Position numbers and translations under genes: made by a program
The notes under the pieces: generated by a model
The model's input: the letters and a program-made list of their open reading frames with translations, nothing else
The model's database searches: none
What the model was told of the DNA's origin: nothing
Shown: positions 35,881-46,869 of the stretch, one piece after another
How the letters are laid out: every line of letters starts with the position of its first letter
Numbering within the stretch: position 1 is the stretch's first letter
Assembly (NCBI GenBank): GCA_032718475.1
Contig: JAUCBJ010004224.1
Location: 62,001 to 126,000, forward strand
Direction: 5' to 3'
Length of the DNA stretch: 64,000 nt
DNA from: Nemertoderma westbladi
Taxonomy: Eukaryota > Animalia > Xenacoelomorpha

Positions 35881-36896
35881 TAACGAACCTGTCTTTAGAC
35901 TGGGTAGTTTTTGTCTAAAGCTGAGGCCGGCAAAAACACGATGGATATATATATTTACCTATATCACTATGTCACTATGTATGTTCACCAAATGGCTTGA
36001 AACCACTTGCATGCATTGTAAAATTGTAAACGCAAGTATTTATCAATTGTTGTCTAGTTGTTGAATAAAAAAGTTGGGAACGATTCGAAGTGCGATATTC
36101 GAAATATTTGCATATTTTCAACATTATTGAACGCGAAATTAAATACCCACAACTCCCTTGCTTGAAATGTTTTTCAGGTGATTGATATTTAGCAATTATT
36201 ATGAGGTTACTTACTACTGAAATCTGACAGAATGCCAAACGTATTATTATAGTTCTATCTCTATTCAGCCAGTTAGTGTAATGTCAAGCAGTACATCATT
36301 TATATATCGTATGTATCTATAGGGCCTAATTGTCATCGTTATAATACTGTCATCAACTTAGGCTAAGCTCAATTGTAATGCAAAGGCTTAGTAGGTTTTG
36401 TATATCTGGGACGTTTACAACAGCTGTCGATTAAACTAACAAAACCATAAAACTGAACCAGGGTGGCTGCCAGCCGGGTACCAACGGCTGTTGGGTAGAC
36501 TTAAGGGAACATTTCACAAACTTTCATAGGATGCTTGTACATGTACATTATATTGGTTGCTCCGATGTTTTTATTAGGCTAACTGAGAATGTATCAGGTA
36601 TAAATACTGTAATTATAGTGTTCTTTATTTTATTTATCTAATACAGAAAAGACCCCTCCGCAGAATAAACTGCTCTTTTGGGCCGTTTCTCAGGTTGCGG
36701 ATATGGATACCATTTCACACATCATCGTAGTAATTGTGATTATGATTTGTTTGCCTAGGCGAATGTGTATTACATTAGATGGGAGGCAGTTTTTTGGTTG
36801 ATGCAAGTCATTCTTGGTTTGCATCTTCCAATCCCATCTGTTTCTTGGAGTCTGTGTAAGACAGGTTCGTTTAAAGCCATCTTGATGGCGTTCTAG
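35881..36896 (+). mobile_element. Non-autonomous Helitron/Helentron-like element (1016 bp)
   Basis: Inserted at A|T within LINE E; 14-bp subterminal inverted repeats at 35882-35895 and 36858-36871; 5' hairpin; 3' hairpin GCCATC-TT-GATGGC; terminal CTAG. Confidence 0.7.
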
Positions 36897-37673
36897 TATT
36901 AGTTGATATATGGTCTATTAAAGTTCGGGAGTATGGTGTAATTCTAGTTGCTTTGTCTATTATTTGTTCAAATCCATTTGATTCTATAGTTTGTATATAG
37001 TTATTGGCTTGGTTAGAGCGTTTCAATAAATCTATATTCATGTCGCCGGTTATTATTATGTCAGTTGTATTTTGATTGATCGAAGCTAAAACCGAATTGA
37101 AATTATCTATGAAATCGTTAGTATTGCACGAGTCTGGGTGGTAAATAGTTCCAATTAATATTTGTCTTTTGGAGTGATTATTATTTGAAGATCTGTTTAT
37201 AGTAACCCAAGTAGATTCACAGTTCGGTATAGTTATGTCAGTCCGTTCAGTAAAGTCAATTCCGTTCTTAAGGTAAATGGCAGTCCCCCCTCGGTTTTTT
37301 AGCCCATATTTTCGGTTTGTAATAAGTGGGGTTGAGTAGCCGTCAATGTGTAAGTAAGATAGATCCGTCTCATCTGTAATAAATGTTTCTGTAAAAGTTA
37401 GTATGTCGAAATTTAGGGTTAGTAATGATAGGAAGTCAGAGGTAGGCGCTAGATTTTTGTTTAGGCTTCTACAGTTTACATGAAACACTGAAAAATTTGT
37501 ATTTTTAGAATCAAACTTGTTATTAAAATTTTGTTCATTATAATACTGACAATTTGTTTTTATATTATTTAAATTTTGGTCCGGGTCAATATTTTTAAAA
37601 GTGCTATTAGAGTCCATATAATTTTCGGGTAATAAAATATCAATGTCATTGCTTTCAAAAATATCATAGTCAT
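36897..37673 (-). pseudogene. LINE E APE endonuclease domain
   Basis: HVNCRSL, FTET, GGTAIY, GDMN, LIDHI. Confidence 0.9.
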
Positions 37674-37678
37674 CGGGC

Positions 37679-38927
37679 TGTAAAAGCCTTTGCTGAATTG
37701 CCCCGTTATTTTATTATCTTTTACATTAAAATACTCTGTAGTTGATTTAATAAGTGTAAGAGACCGTATTATTGCTGTATCGGTGTTTTTAGAGGATCTA
37801 AGACCTATTTCCTCCGTATGTGTACTGTGAAAGGCATATTTTTATGATTCTATGGCAATTCGTGACGCAAAAGGGTGATAGCTACTCTTGAACAGTAGTT
37901 ACTATGACTACGGTTAACAGCTGACATTCATACGTGTTGATTTCCTTTGTTCTACGGCGTCTCTCAGTTCAGTCAGCCAATGAGAGCGTTTTTGTGGCTC
38001 CTTGTACAGAAAATTTCCGAGAAATGACGCAATGCCTATGTGCAGTGTTTACATTGAGTCTTGAGCCAAAGAAAGAACGGCTTGGAAGTATTTTTGTGCT
38101 GTACTGTTTTAGTCGTACACTAGTAGGTTTAATTATAAAGGGCATATATCCTTTAACTGACTACTGCAATTTAACATACCTGATGACTGCTGACTGATCA
38201 TACATGCTGACTGCTGAAACATTGCAAACTCATAACAATCAGTGTTTTCATTGTTGTTTTATACTGCTATTTGCTGTCAGTTCTTCATAATATGGTTGAT
38301 GAATAATTATATTTGGAATAACAATAAATAACCCCGCAACCCAATATTCTTGATATACCGAAGGTAAGAGAGAAAGGTTACCAATAACGATTGTGACTTA
38401 TGTTAAAGTGGTTTGAAGTGAATCTAATGTTATTTGATAGACCCTACATGAGTCAGCCTGTGTTCCTTTTATATGTGACTAAAATCAGTGAAGATTGGCA
38501 GATTAGTGTGCAGTATTGTGCAGCATTGTGTATGAGTGAGTCTGTTAAAGAAGCAATTCCTAAAGAATGCGTCATATATGTGGATTATAATTAAGCCATA
38601 TCGTTGTGAGTAGTTTAAGTCATAACTCTGTTTATGTAGATAAAGCGCCACGTCCTAAAGGAACTGTTAATATTACCGAAGGTGAATAATATTGTCAGAG
38701 ATTATATAATACTGTCAGTCGAATAATACATTAGGCTTACATAGCAATAAAAATTAAACCGTCGAACCCAATCTCCCGGGAATTTCCAGCGGGTGAATGG
38801 TCGCGCACGGATTGGTTTCGACTAGTGTAGTGAATCAAATACTTGTCATAGACTAAAAGCAGATTTAATATCTAGAAGACATCTTAATTTGGTGGGTTAA
38901 ACTGCCAAAGGTCTGAAAGCGCGAACA
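37679..38927 (+). repeat. 5' LTR of BEL copy 2 (1249 bp)
   Basis: TGTAAAAGCC...GCGCGAACA; direct repeat of 48244-49489. Confidence 0.95.
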
Positions 38928-38939
38928 TTAAAGGATATA
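38928..38939 (+). promoter_or_regulatory. Non-canonical primer-binding site position (TTAAAGGATATA)
   Basis: Directly follows the 5' LTR, lacks TGG, and is the exact reverse complement of LTR 38145-38156. Confidence 0.55.
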
Positions 38940-39201
38940 GCTTCTTTATTGCAGTAAGCAATAAAGTCGAAAGTACCGGTCGACCGGTAACCAGTAGGCC
39001 TGACTGCCTGATCATCCGGACCGGTACCTACAGCAGTATTATTCGATTTTGATTGTTATATACCAGTAGGCCTTAATAATTTATCAGGGACTGCAGCCCT
39101 GGTTTTTTATTGAGATTTTTACTTATTTCTGTCAAGTTTTATTTGTTTGTAGGCCAGTATTGAACAGAAGGCGTGTAAACCTCATCAGATTGTACAGACA
39201 A

Positions 39202-39760
39202 TTTGTAGGCTGAGCTGTTGTCTGATTGCTGTTAAGTCCGAACGAATTGCAGTGTGTGTAGAGCACTTGTCCGATTAAGTACGGTTAGGAAGTAGGGGCA
39301 GCAACGCTGTAAGGTAAACCCCCCAACTAAAGAATAAGTCGCACTACTGGGTTAGAGCGCATACTCCCTAATCATTTCGGAGTCTGCATGTCCTGTAGTT
39401 TATTTAGGCTTGAGAGTAGTCTGCCATCGTTTAGTCTGTACTCTGTTTGTGTAAGTCTGTACAGGTAGCGTATAATTTTATTTAAATAATTTGTAGGCTG
39501 GATAGTTGTCTGGCTGTTATTAAGTCTGAACGGATTGCCGCGTGTGTAGATCATCTGTCCGATTAAGTACGATTAGGCAGTAAGGGCAGCGAATGCTGTA
39601 AGGTAAACCCCAACTAAAGAATAAGTCGCACTACTGGGTTAGAGCGCATACTCCCTAATCATTTCGGAGTCTGCATATACCGTAGTTTGTTTAGGCTTGA
39701 TAGTAGTCTGTCAGTGTTCGGTCTGTATTTTGTTTGAGTAGTTTGTACGCGTAGCGTAAT
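39202..39760 (+). repeat. ~290-bp tandem duplication in the copy 2 leader
   Basis: ...GCTGTAAGGTAAACCCC...AAGTCGCACTACTGGGTTAGAGCGCATACTCCCTAATCATTTCGGAGTCTGCAT occurs twice. Confidence 0.85.
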
Positions 39761-40704
39761 ATTTATTATTCAGAGTTTATGCGATTATTCGCAACATTCA
39801 AGTCCCTAAGTTTGTTCCTACAGTAATTGTGTTTGTTATACATACCGTTATAGTTAAATTAACCTCGGTACTACACGGGCTGCTCGGCGTAGGTAAAGAC
39901 TGGTGATTTTGTGCATCGGTCACTCCAGCAGATGCCGTGGTTCTTTTAGCTGTTCAAGTATATTTAACTACTGATTATTTGGTATACAAGTACTCGTACC
40001 TAATTTAGGGTTTAGTGTATAGTACTTTCCGAAGTAATTATTGTAGGCATTATATTTGTGTTGTAAAGTGGTTGATAGGCACATTCGATTAGCTCTATTA
40101 ACTTCTAGGTAGGAACACTCCGTGATACATAACGTAGAACCTATAGCGATACGGCTATAGGTCGTCAGGCGGTGGTATTTTCCTATCTAGACAACGCAGT
40201 GTATTTACTACTACTTATTATTTCAAATACCGTAGTACCCTGTCCGCTGTAATAATCAGTTCTCTAACCCTTTGTTAGGCTGGTTTGTAGACTTCTTGTA
40301 AAATTACCCTAAAAAATTCGTATTTGTGTTTTTGTAAAATTTTGCATTTATTTAGAGATTGTAATCTCACCCGAATTGTACGTAATTTGTAGTATTAAGT
40401 AACTTAGGTAAATTAGAATTATTTGTTTTAGTGTCCTATAAGTAACACTTCACTGAAAGCGTACCGCTTTGTGTAGTGATTACTCCCCAGAAATAATAAC
40501 ATTTATTTCAACATTGACAAAACCCATTAAAACGGGTATATATATATTATAAATCAAATCTAACGATTTATAAATAGTAGGCCTACCATACAACCATTAG
40601 GTCTCAATATCAGTTGGATTACTGCTCAAATAACGGTAATAAAGTAAGTAAAGTAACCAAGTAACCCTAAAGTATCAGAAATTCAATTATTTGAAATAAT
40701 TGAT

Positions 40705-41130
40705 ATACCGGTATTTACGATAGGCCTATTATCTTTATTTCTATAAATTTCGGCTGAAATTATACCGGTACTTGTAATTAATTCTAGTTTGTAATTATAC
40801 TTATATATATACACTATAAGTGTAAACTGCATACCGGTATTTACGATAGGCCTATTATCTTTATTTCTATAAATCTAGGCTGAAATTATACCGGTACTTG
40901 TAATTAATTCTATTTCAGAATTATATATACTACAAACTGTAAGCTGTATACCGGTATTCCGATAGGCCTATTATATATTTATATATATTTGTGTGCTAAA
41001 ATTATACCGGTATTCTGTGATAAACCTAGTCTGTAATAATACTTATATAGTTATATATACTATAAGTATACCGGTATTCTAATATATTATATATATATCA
41101 CGCTACACTGAGTAGCAGTACCGGTAATTA
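40705..41130 (+). repeat. Degenerate tandem array (~60/125-bp period) built on ATACCGGTA and TAGGCCTA
   Basis: ATACCGGTATTTACGATAGGCCTATTAT repeated upstream of the gag ATG. Confidence 0.8.
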
Positions 41131-41214
41131 ATTACTAGGCTAGCAGTTAATACTGAGTTATTAGACTTGCTCAGACTGTAATACAGCAGTAGACATTCAA
41201 CTGTACACATAAGC

Positions 41215-44200
41215 ATGTCTGACGCAAAGCAGAACCTGTCAGACAGTCTACTAGATACAACCGAGAGCGAAGTGACAGCAGAGAAACCGCATAAGAGGGA
41301 TGCCATTGACATCTATCTGTCCGACTATCAACGTTTTTTAGGTGATGACGAATTGAGGAGAAGGTTAGAGGGACTTAACCCTAATAGCGAAGGAGCCAAG
41401 TTTGTGTTGGACGCAATAGATGCGGAAATGTTGGCAGCGAATAGAGCGGAAGTTGATGAAAGAATCCGCATCGTTAGAGAATGGGAACAGCAGTTGAAGA
41501 AAAAACAGATAGAAGACAGAAAGACAGCAGCAATAGCAGCGGCAAAGGCAAAAGCAGCAGCGGCAATGGCAGTAGCAGAAGCGGAACAGAGGGCATCTGA
41601 AGAAAAGGCCCAACTAGAGTTGGAGAATCTTCAAGAGGCGCACGATTACTTAAATAAGCAGATAACGGCTAGTGATATGCAGCTGATAAGTCGGACTACT
41701 TCCAAGAGACAGGGATTTACATCCTCTGATGAAGGAGATACAACAGATCCTGAAGGCAGAAGAAATAAATCTCGTTATAACGGACGTAGAAGGGCGCTAC
41801 ATCGGCAGAAATTGCCTGATTTGCCTACAGCCGTGAGAAGGCAACTAGCTAGTGTAGATCTAAGTAATCCTGAGCCTTCAGACCCAATTAGAGTAGAAAG
41901 ACTCCCTACTATAGTAGATGAGCCTGAAATAATTGGACCTGTTCTTGAAATCACCCCTTCGGTAATAGATACACCTGTCCTCCCTGAAGCTACCTATAAA
42001 TTCCCTCTGCATAGCACTAAGCTACCTGTGCCCCGTAGAACTGCCCAGGAGACAGTTCAGGTCCTGGACCCCGAGCGAAATATTCCAAATTTGTCGCCCG
42101 TTGTCCCTCGTCTGCCCGCTACGACGTTGGCGGATCCCGTTTCGGCGGTTGATTGGGTAGACGAGAGACGGCGGGGGATGGATATTCTCCTCGGAGAGAT
42201 GAAGGAGAATCAGAGACTCTCCTCCCAACAGGTCCGAGAGTTGGAAGGGACTGTCCAACATTTAAAGGGAACAGTGAGGGAAAGTAAGTTAGAGCTGCAA
42301 GAAGTGCAGCAAAATATCGCGCTAGAGCGCGATAAATTAGTAAATTTACAAAAGGGTATAACACCACCCCCTGTAACAATGTGTCAACCTGTTAGGTCTG
42401 AAGTATTGCATGCGCAAGGTGTGGAGCCTACACGCATATACACTGCTAGCGAAGTAGAAACTCCTATAGTGAACCCTATTAAGGGTAATTATAGACCTGT
42501 TGATAATGATATTCCCTATAGAACTGATCATAATCCGAGAAATTTATATACCGATAACTCGATATTAAATAGCACGATGGCCCAAGAAAGTTTTACGCGT
42601 CAAATGGCTAGAACCGAAGCCCGTCAAGCGGTAAAGGTTGGAGAGATTGTCAAGTTCAATGGAGATGAGATGAAATGGTTACCTTTTAATGAATATTACA
42701 AAGATAACATACAGAACTCTGTACTATCTAACGGAGAGAAACTTAGATTCCTCATCGAATGTTTGGAAGGACCTCCCAAGTCAATGGCGTTAAAATTTAT
42801 TGGACATCCAGATGGATTAAGACAAGTTTGGGATACACTAAACATCAGGTATGGTAATAGGAATGACATAGCTGGGTATTTGTATGCAAAATTAATGGCG
42901 CCCCGAAAGTTTCTTAGCAGCGGGATTATAGAGTTTTCCGATGAGATTCAGGAGATCTGTAGACAATTAGATTGGCTAGGTAAGTCTCATGAATACCAGA
43001 ATTCTATGGTTGTAAGAGCCTTAGCATCTGCTTTGCCCAAGGGTGGAGTAGGTACACGCTGGGATAAGAAGGTGTTATATATGATGGAACAACAACGACG
43101 AGACCCTACCATGACTGATCTCATGTCATTCTTAGATAGAGAAGTGAAATTACAGCTCCTAAGGCAGTCCAGAGAGAAGACATTGGAAAACAAGGTAAGT
43201 GAGAAACCCGTTTCTAGGAGAAGGGTAACACCAGTATGTTATACCGACGACGGTGAAAGCCAAACCTCTCAAGGAGAGGACAGCGAGAAAGACACTGACA
43301 GGCCTTATTATGTCAATAAAATGCCTAAAGAACAGGTAAGTAAATCCAAGTCTCGACCCAATGACAGAAGGGAACCGGTACAAAAAACCCCTCCTACGTC
43401 TCCTAAAGGAATTCAGGTGAGAAAGCCCGAGGAAAGAACAAGTGTGCACCACATAGCACAGGTTAAAGTAAGTAACATCAAGCCGAAATGTGTGCTGTGC
43501 GACGGGCCCCACCGTTTAAATGCGTGTGATAAATTCCTGAGGAAATCACTCGAGGATAGACGTGAAGTCATGTGGGATAAGCGGTTGTGTTATAATTGCC
43601 TCAGACGAGGACACCAACGGCGAACCTGTAACTCCGACGCAAGGTGTGCAAAGTGCGGCGCAAAACATCATATCTTGTTGCACACGGAATTCGAACGAAA
43701 CAGCCCGAGTCAGGTAAGTGAGTCCGAACTACATGTCCAATTCAGTGATGTGAACGACACTGATCAATCTGAGATGGAAGGATTCTATACGGACGAGTTC
43801 TCCGACCAAAACGAATCCTGTTACCTAATAAACACCACCGCAGTGTATCGAGCACTCGTACATGAGAAAGACACAGACAGCGACCTTACCTTAACTACTT
43901 CCGATCAACAACCATCTTGGAAAGCGCCAACTTCCAATATAGGAATCCGAGAGTTTCCTGTGGTGCAGGTAAGGGTGCACGGACCTAAACGGAGTTATGT
44001 AGTGAACGCCCTCCTGGACTCCGGCAGCACAGGAACATTCATCGATAAAGAGCTAGCCGAAGATATATTTGCTGGACAACCCAAGTTCCAAACTAAGCTC
44101 AACATGTCAGGCATTATGCAAGTTTGGAAATCTACAATAACAGCTGATTATTATGTAGGCGCGTTGTCCACCCCACAAGACGAACTAGGAGAACATAGCA

Positions 44201-45228
44201 TAAGGTCAGTGAAAATGGTGGCTATAAAGAACTTCGCTACTACTCAAGCAGACCTTTATAATTGGGACGAGGATGAGAGCATCCAACATCTTAACATACC
44301 TCGATTCCAGACTGATTATCCTGGAGTGCAAATACTCATCGGCCAAAACGCGCATGAGGCGCTGGAGACATTAGAGAAACGGCCTGCTCAACCGCAGCCA
44401 CTACAGACCTATGCGGTAAGAACTAGAGTAGGTTGGTACCTTACTGGACCTTCCCGTAGAACGCTCAGGGAAAGACTGCTTCAAGATCGCGTCTGCCAGA
44501 TGAGTGAATGGGAAGATGATACTAGTGAGGGAGACGACCCAACTGAGGGAACACCACACTCCTCAGATAATGACAATCTTAGCTCCAATGTAGATCAATG
44601 GAGATATTGCCCCAAGAAGTTTAATCCAACGGACATCGCTTCCAGAGGAGCAACTCCTCAAGAACTGACAGATACTACAGACCGATTAGGTGAACCCGAC
44701 TTCCTGAGTAAGGAGAATGAATGGCCTCCCCATCTTACTCCGACTGAGATTATACCAGCCAAGGGAGCGGAGAAAGTCGAACCTGAAACCCGGACGTGTG
44801 GATCGGAGTTATTTGAACCCGGGATAGATCTGTCGGTATTACATGTTGCCAGGGACGACGCCGTGGATCTGGGCCTCCCCACCGCGAGTGGATCCTTCAT
44901 GAAGATCAGAGAGAGCGATTGGAGCTCTGGAACATCAGACGTCTCGCAGGGACTCTCACCTCTCCTGCAGAGAGCGACGGACCACTATAGCTCCTGGAAT
45001 CGGCTTTGTGACGCCGTCATATACTTTGAGCGATGTTTCTATCGTCACTATTCCAGGACGAAGAGGAAACCTGGAATTGTATTCAGGATGCAGCGACTCA
45101 ATCACCCAGTCGGTCGTTTGTGTTTATCGGAAGGGAATGGAGGACTCTCCGGAAACTGTGGAAGGCAAGATTCTCTTCCCACGACCACCTCCCTAATCCT
45201 TCAAACATCTAGGGACTCCATAACGTAA
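41215..45228 (+). CDS. BEL copy 2 Gag-protease fusion ORF (1337 aa) lacking RT/RNase H and integrase
   Basis: Uninterrupted ORF; aligns to copy 1 with two in-frame gaps at ~44575 and ~45063. Confidence 0.92.
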   Translation: MSDAKQNLSDSLLDTTESEVTAEKPHKRDAIDIYLSDYQRFLGDDELRRRLEGLNPNSEGAKFVLDAIDAEMLAANRAEVDERIRIVREWEQQLKKKQIEDRKTAAIAAAKAKAAAAMAVAEAEQRASEEKAQLELENLQEAHDYLNKQITASDMQLISRTTSKRQGFTSSDEGDTTDPEGRRNKSRYNGRRRALHRQKLPDLPTAVRRQLASVDLSNPEPSDPIRVERLPTIVDEPEIIGPVLEITPSVIDTPVLPEATYKFPLHSTKLPVPRRTAQETVQVLDPERNIPNLSPVVPRLPATTLADPVSAVDWVDERRRGMDILLGEMKENQRLSSQQVRELEGTVQHLKGTVRESKLELQEVQQNIALERDKLVNLQKGITPPPVTMCQPVRSEVLHAQGVEPTRIYTASEVETPIVNPIKGNYRPVDNDIPYRTDHNPRNLYTDNSILNSTMAQESFTRQMARTEARQAVKVGEIVKFNGDEMKWLPFNEYYKDNIQNSVLSNGEKLRFLIECLEGPPKSMALKFIGHPDGLRQVWDTLNIRYGNRNDIAGYLYAKLMAPRKFLSSGIIEFSDEIQEICRQLDWLGKSHEYQNSMVVRALASALPKGGVGTRWDKKVLYMMEQQRRDPTMTDLMSFLDREVKLQLLRQSREKTLENKVSEKPVSRRRVTPVCYTDDGESQTSQGEDSEKDTDRPYYVNKMPKEQVSKSKSRPNDRREPVQKTPPTSPKGIQVRKPEERTSVHHIAQVKVSNIKPKCVLCDGPHRLNACDKFLRKSLEDRREVMWDKRLCYNCLRRGHQRRTCNSDARCAKCGAKHHILLHTEFERNSPSQVSESELHVQFSDVNDTDQSEMEGFYTDEFSDQNESCYLINTTAVYRALVHEKDTDSDLTLTTSDQQPSWKAPTSNIGIREFPVVQVRVHGPKRSYVVNALLDSGSTGTFIDKELAEDIFAGQPKFQTKLNMSGIMQVWKSTITADYYVGALSTPQDELGEHSIRSVKMVAIKNFATTQADLYNWDEDESIQHLNIPRFQTDYPGVQILIGQNAHEALETLEKRPAQPQPLQTYAVRTRVGWYLTGPSRRTLRERLLQDRVCQMSEWEDDTSEGDDPTEGTPHSSDNDNLSSNVDQWRYCPKKFNPTDIASRGATPQELTDTTDRLGEPDFLSKENEWPPHLTPTEIIPAKGAEKVEPETRTCGSELFEPGIDLSVLHVARDDAVDLGLPTASGSFMKIRESDWSSGTSDVSQGLSPLLQRATDHYSSWNRLCDAVIYFERCFYRHYSRTKRKPGIVFRMQRLNHPVGRLCLSEGNGGLSGNCGRQDSLPTTTSLILQTSRDSIT

Positions 45229-46869
45229 CAACATATGGAGTGGGTGTGTGACTCTATTATTTTATATTATTTTATTATTTTTATATTTATGTATGTATTA
45301 CTATGTAATTTTATTATAATCGTTTTATTTAATTTAGTAGAATATTATTTAGCGATTATTTTGTAGAATAGTGCAATATATTCGTGTTTATTACGTACGT
45401 AATTACTTATATTATATTTAGTGCGACGGCGAGAAATAATTATTTTTCTCTTTCCTTACTGCTCCGTATTCTATTATAAATACGTAACTACAGTAAGATG
45501 AAATGTCTGTACTTATTAAAGTACAATAAAGCCACTACTATATTTAGTATTATTGGTAGGCAGAGTATTAGGAATGCAAAGTTCAGATCCTCGTGTCTCG
45601 GCTAAACCAAGCTCTGGGTAGACCTTGGAAACGACTTGCCTCTTCACACTGACATTGCTTCGTGCGATATTGCTCTCATACCGTATATTAAATAATACAT
45701 ATAGTAGCGTGATGTCCCTTTAACAGTAGCGTATAACGCAAAATAAATCTGTTAAACCCTTTGACCATCTGTAATTCTAGTCGATTAAGATATCGCGGCA
45801 CCCACCGATATACTTGAAAGACAAATTCTAGAATCAGTGGTTAACGTCCCCAGACAAGTTCTGGAATAAATCGGTGCCCATCTCAAATATTAATTATTTA
45901 ATATTTGCAAATCTAATACGTCAAAATCTGTAAAATTCAGATCCTTCAACAATTCTAGTCAATTAAGATATCGTAGCATTTACCGATATTCTTAAAAAGA
46001 CAATTGTCATAGAATTAAGGATCTTGTGTCCCCAGACATGTTCTGGAATCCAAATATGTCCATTTAATTATCAAATAATAAAATTTCAGGGAATCAATTT
46101 AAATTCATGCCTTTTAATGAATTTAATAAATTGCCATTTTTACGCAATTTATAAAGTTCCCAAAATTCCATTAATTAATAGATCAAGGGAGCGGAGATTT
46201 ATCTTATCATGCGTATGAGTGTGTGAAAGTCTCCCAAACATAGTCAATAGCCGATAAAATTCATAAAGTCATGTATAAAACAGAACATTGACTATTAAAG
46301 AATTACTATTAAATAACATCCCAGATCTGTATGCATTGGAATCACCCTAATTCTACCGCTAGCTTTGCATAATGTCACCATAGCAACAACCACGCTAGAA
46401 TTAGAATTGAGTTAAAAGAACAATAGAAAGCTTGTCCCATTGAATAGCATAGGGAATAAATAGTGCACTGATAGTATCCAAGGATACATAATAATACAGT
46501 GACATTCTGGAAGGCATTGACTAACGGACAAGTGACCCGAGTGTGTGTAATTTGTGACAAGTTGTGTGTGTGGTATTTGTGAGTTTATAGGTGAATGTTA
46601 CTGCTAAGGTGTGTTTACAGTAGCTAGTCGCAATCGTAAAAGTAACCTAACTCTCCAAGGAAACCTGAAGTACATCTAAGCCTTTGGGACGGACAGTTGA
46701 GTGACTTGTGCCGGTTGTCGTTGTCGTTGTGCGGCTACGTCGTTGGCGAAAGTACAGCGGCGACGACACATCGGCGCTGAGGATCTCGTACTGTCCGGGG
46801 GTTGATTGAAGTAGGCAGCGACGCCCGCTCGCCTAAATGTGGACTCATTATAATATGGATAAACTCATA

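Noticed and set aside
38126-38135. GGTTTAATTA resembling the start of nematode SL1
   Set aside because: Only 10 AT-rich nt match, with no rest of the leader or Sm site
37934-38651. Short ORFs repeated at 48499-49214
   Set aside because: They lie within the LTRs; the repetition reflects LTR duplication, with no coding signature
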